Source: an uncultured Desulfospira sp.
GTDB lineage: Bacteria > Desulfobacterota > Desulfobacteria > Desulfobacterales > Desulfobacteraceae
Reading direction: 5' to 3'
Assembly: GCA_963663165.1 (NCBI GenBank)
Contig: OY760175.1
Location: 2,464,001 to 2,528,000, forward strand
Length of the DNA: 64,000 bases
The notes beneath the pieces were generated by a model. That model was not told the DNA's origin. It did no database searches and worked only from the letters and a program-made list of their open reading frames with translations. The position numbers and the translations under genes are program-made. Shown here in pieces: positions 60,934 through 64,000 of the stretch; positions within the stretch are counted from its first letter, which is position 1, and each line of letters begins with the position of its first letter.

Positions 60934-62703
60934 CTATACCCCCATCAGATGCCGGGTATAGGCATGCCCCGGGTTTGACAGGATCTGCACGGCAGGCCCC
61001 ATCTCAACCATGGAACCGCTTTGCATCACACCGATCCGGTCGGCAATCTTGCGGGCCACCCCCATGTCATGGGTGACAAAGAGCATGGTCAGCCCCTTTT
61101 CAATCTGCAAATTGAGCAGCAGTTTAAGGATCTTGGCCTGAACGCTGGGGTCCAGTGCGCTGGTGGGTTCATCGGCAACGATCAGTTCCGGCCCGAGAAT
61201 CAGGGCCCTGGCAATGCACAGCCGCTGGAGCGCCCCCATGTTAAGCTCTCCAGGATACCGTTTAAGGAAGGAGGGATCAACCGACAGATGGGCATCGGTC
61301 AACGCCTGGACAACCCGCTGACGGATCTCCTCATCTTTAGAGGAAAGGCCCTGGATGACAAGAGGCTCTGCCACAATATCAAACACCGTCAGGCGGTGGC
61401 TGACCGCTTCAGCCGGATTCTGGTAGATGACCCCGATGTGCCGGGCCAGGGAGCGGTAGTTTTCTTTTTGCCATCCATCCATATCCCGGCCCTCAAAAAT
61501 GCGCTGCCCGGTATCGGGTTTGATCACACCGGCCCCAATCATGGACAGGGTGGTTTTCCCGGACCCGGTCTCCCCCACCAGGCAGAAAATCTCACCGGAC
61601 TTCAGGGTTAAATTGGTTGTGCAAAGGGCGGGAACACCATTATAGGCCTTGCGCACCCCTTTAAGTTCCAGCCGTTCTGCAATCCCCCCCCTGAGGCAGC
61701 GGATCATGCGGTTCCCCTCACCCGTCAGCATCACATTCTCACGAAAACAGGCATCCACCGTCTGGGAACACCGGGGATGAAAAAGGCACCCGTCTGACGG
61801 CCCGTGGCTGTCGTCATGAAGTGATCCGGCATGGTGGTGATGGCTTACCGGGTCTTCCCCTTCAATCTCCCGGGCATGGCGGTGGGTGATCCGGTAAAAG
61901 GCGTCCCCCCGGATACCGCCCAGGTCCCGGGGATTTCCCATGCCGGGAAAGGAACGGCCCAACCCCAGGGTATAGGGATGGCGGGGGTCCAGGAAAAGGG
62001 TTTTGCCCGGCAGAATTTCCATGATCTGGCCCAGGTATAACACGGCGATGTCGTGGGCCAGGCGGTCTGCCAGATCCAGGTCATGGGTGATGAGCAAAAT
62101 GGCTTTGCCCCTGGCTGCCAGGTCCTGGATAACCGTTGTCAAAAAGGTTTTGGTCACCGTATCCAGGGCTGAGGTGGGCTCATCAAGGATCACCACCCCG
62201 GGATCCATGATCAGGGCCATGCCCATAAGGGCCCGCTGGATCTCCCCGCCGCTGAGCTCATGGGGAAAACAGCGCCCCTTTTCCTTTGGCAGGTGCATCT
62301 GTTCAAGGACCCGGGCGGCCTGCTCACGGGCAGGTTTTGCCTTGACCTGTCCCTGGACCATCAAAGGTTCTGCCACCTGGTCGATAACCGGGTATACCGG
62401 ATTAAAGTTGGCGGCCCCGTTCTGAAACACCATGGCCACCCGGGACCACCGGACCTTGTTGAGTTCGGCTTCGGCGAGGTCTGTAAGTTCCGTTCCATTT
62501 AACCGGATATGCCCGGAACGCGTTGCTGTTTCCGGCAGCAACCCCATCACAGCCTTTCCCAAGGTGGTCTTGCCGGACCCTGATTCCCCCACCAGGGCCG
62601 TGATCCGGCCGGGTCTCAAATCCAGGCTGACCTTTTCAAGGGCCAGAAGATCGTGGGTGCCGTTCCGGTAGGTGACGGATAAATCTTTAATTTGCAGTGT
62701 CAA
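60934..62703 (-). CDS. Ni/peptide ABC transporter ATP-binding protein (two ABC domains, His-rich linker)
   Basis: GESGSGKT and GETGSGKT, FPHELSGG, HPYT, SHHHHAGSLHDDSH. Confidence 0.9.
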   Translation of the reverse strand: MTLQIKDLSVTYRNGTHDLLALEKVSLDLRPGRITALVGESGSGKTTLGKAVMGLLPETATRSGHIRLNGTELTDLAEAELNKVRWSRVAMVFQNGAANFNPVYPVIDQVAEPLMVQGQVKAKPAREQAARVLEQMHLPKEKGRCFPHELSGGEIQRALMGMALIMDPGVVILDEPTSALDTVTKTFLTTVIQDLAARGKAILLITHDLDLADRLAHDIAVLYLGQIMEILPGKTLFLDPRHPYTLGLGRSFPGMGNPRDLGGIRGDAFYRITHRHAREIEGEDPVSHHHHAGSLHDDSHGPSDGCLFHPRCSQTVDACFRENVMLTGEGNRMIRCLRGGIAERLELKGVRKAYNGVPALCTTNLTLKSGEIFCLVGETGSGKTTLSMIGAGVIKPDTGQRIFEGRDMDGWQKENYRSLARHIGVIYQNPAEAVSHRLTVFDIVAEPLVIQGLSSKDEEIRQRVVQALTDAHLSVDPSFLKRYPGELNMGALQRLCIARALILGPELIVADEPTSALDPSVQAKILKLLLNLQIEKGLTMLFVTHDMGVARKIADRIGVMQSGSMVEMGPAVQILSNPGHAYTRHLMGV

Positions 62704-63539
62704 AATACCCCCTTGAGCCTTGGATCAAATACCTTTTCCAGACTGATGGAAAGAAAGGTCACCGTCATGATCAGCAGGGTCAGTAAGAGAACCGGCGGAA
62801 AAAGCCAGTTCCACCAGATGTCCAGGTAATAGTATTTTAAGGCGTGGCTGATCATGATCCCCAAAGATTTCCGGCTCGGGTCCATCAGCCCTAAAAATGC
62901 CAGGGAAGACTCCATGAACATGGCCATGCGCGTCTTGGTGGAAAAACCGATCAGATAAAGGGGAAACAGTTCGGGCATCAGGTGCCGGATAATGATATAC
63001 CGCCCGGTGGCCCCCATCTGCCTGGCCGCATGGATATGAAGGCGGCTTTTGACCACCAGGGCCTGGGCCCTCACCCCCTTGGCCGTAGTGGGCCAGATCA
63101 TGACCGACATGATCAGGGCCAGGATCAAGGGAGAGGGGCAAAACAATGAAGCGGTGATGATCAGGATCATGACGGCAGGGATGGCCAGAAGAATATCGGC
63201 CAGCCGCATGGTAAACTGATCCAGAATCCCGCCGAACCATGCGGCGGACAACCCCAGCACCACCCCGAGAATCAGGGAGACAAACCCGGCGGTCAGGCCG
63301 AATAGGGCCGTATTGCGCATCCCGAACAAAAGCTCGGAGAAAATATCCATGCCCCCGTCATTGACCCCGAGAAAGTTTTCCGCCGACGGCGGGCTCAAGG
63401 GGATAAAAGAGATGTCATCGGGGGCGTGGGGGGCAAAGGGCGGTCCGGCCAGGGCAAGGGTGAACAGCACCAGGGCCATGAGCGCGCCCGCCGCAAACCA
63501 GGGGTCCCGGATCAATTCACGGTAAATTTTAGTCCCCAT
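62700..63539 (-). CDS. Ni/peptide ABC permease (DppC/NikC-like)
   Basis: PPS..N.LG....GMDIFS, HAARQMGA...IIIRHLMP. Confidence 0.88.
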   Translation of the reverse strand: MGTKIYRELIRDPWFAAGALMALVLFTLALAGPPFAPHAPDDISFIPLSPPSAENFLGVNDGGMDIFSELLFGMRNTALFGLTAGFVSLILGVVLGLSAAWFGGILDQFTMRLADILLAIPAVMILIITASLFCPSPLILALIMSVMIWPTTAKGVRAQALVVKSRLHIHAARQMGATGRYIIIRHLMPELFPLYLIGFSTKTRMAMFMESSLAFLGLMDPSRKSLGIMISHALKYYYLDIWWNWLFPPVLLLTLLIMTVTFLSISLEKVFDPRLKGVF

Positions 63540-63999
63540 GGTTCACCCGCGGATCAATAAAGGCATAGGTATATTCCAGCACCAGGTTGATGAACAGCAC
63601 CATCAGGGAAGACAAAAGAACAATTCCCTGGACCAGCTGAAGGTCCCGGACGGCAATGGCGTTAAAGAGCAGGGTCCCAAGCCCGGGATAGGAATAGATG
63701 GTTTCCACCACCAGAGCCCCCGTGACCATAAAGGCAATGCGAAGGCCAAACCGGGTCACCATGGGCAGCAGGGCGTTGCGCGCGGCATGGGCATACCGGA
63801 TCCGTGCCGGGGGAAGCCCCTTTGCCCTGGCCGTCTGCATAAAGGGCTCCTTGAGAATCATGACAATACTGGCCCGGGTGAGCAGAAAATTACCGGGGAA
63901 ATAGGCCAGCACCAGGGTGGAAAAGGGCAATGCCAGGTGCCGGATCAGGTCCCCTGCCCACTGCAGGGGGGACTGGATGGCGTAAGCTGTCTGTGCCCC
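63529..63999 (-). CDS. Ni/peptide ABC permease (DppB/NikB-like), 5' truncated by the window
   Basis: TARAKGL, HAARNALLP, VETIYSYPGLG, DPRV. Confidence 0.88.
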   Translation of the reverse strand, partial: GAQTAYAIQSPLQWAGDLIRHLALPFSTLVLAYFPGNFLLTRASIVMILKEPFMQTARAKGLPPARIRYAHAARNALLPMVTRFGLRIAFMVTGALVVETIYSYPGLGTLLFNAIAVRDLQLVQGIVLLSSLMVLFINLVLEYTYAFIDPRVNHGD

Positions 64000-64000
64000 G

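Overview
Gene-dense bacterial chromosomal window. Gene content and repeats suggest an anaerobic Desulfobacteraceae-like sulfate reducer (inference). In order: (1) a FecCD/FecE-type metal-chelate ABC locus with two SAM methyltransferases and a TonB-dependent receptor; (2) a GntR/DUF169/TRAP/OYE/nitroreductase catabolic block with duplicated deacetylase-fold genes and an IS4-type MITE; (3) argG, CoA-transferases, a chemoreceptor, a phytochelatin-synthase homologue and LysR-linked aldehyde dehydrogenases; (4) a TRAP + glutamine-synthetase-like + Fe-ADH amine (probably ethanolamine) module; (5) a four-helix-bundle gene and a complete ureDABCEFG operon; (6) housekeeping genes; (7) a vWA/XpaC/TelA operon, two PEP-CTERM genes behind a sigma-54 promoter, and FmdE plus a Ni/peptide ABC transporter. 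Best finding: the receptor that the ORF track splits into three pieces is one gene of about 702 aa. It has an in-frame TGA in a Cys-Pro-(Sec) motif followed by an fdhF-like SECIS hairpin, so it is a probable outer-membrane selenoprotein transporter. Three single-base frameshifts (about 4530, 38143, 57110) may be assembly errors. No rRNA, tRNA or CRISPR was recognised. All family calls come from motif recognition by eye, not database searches.
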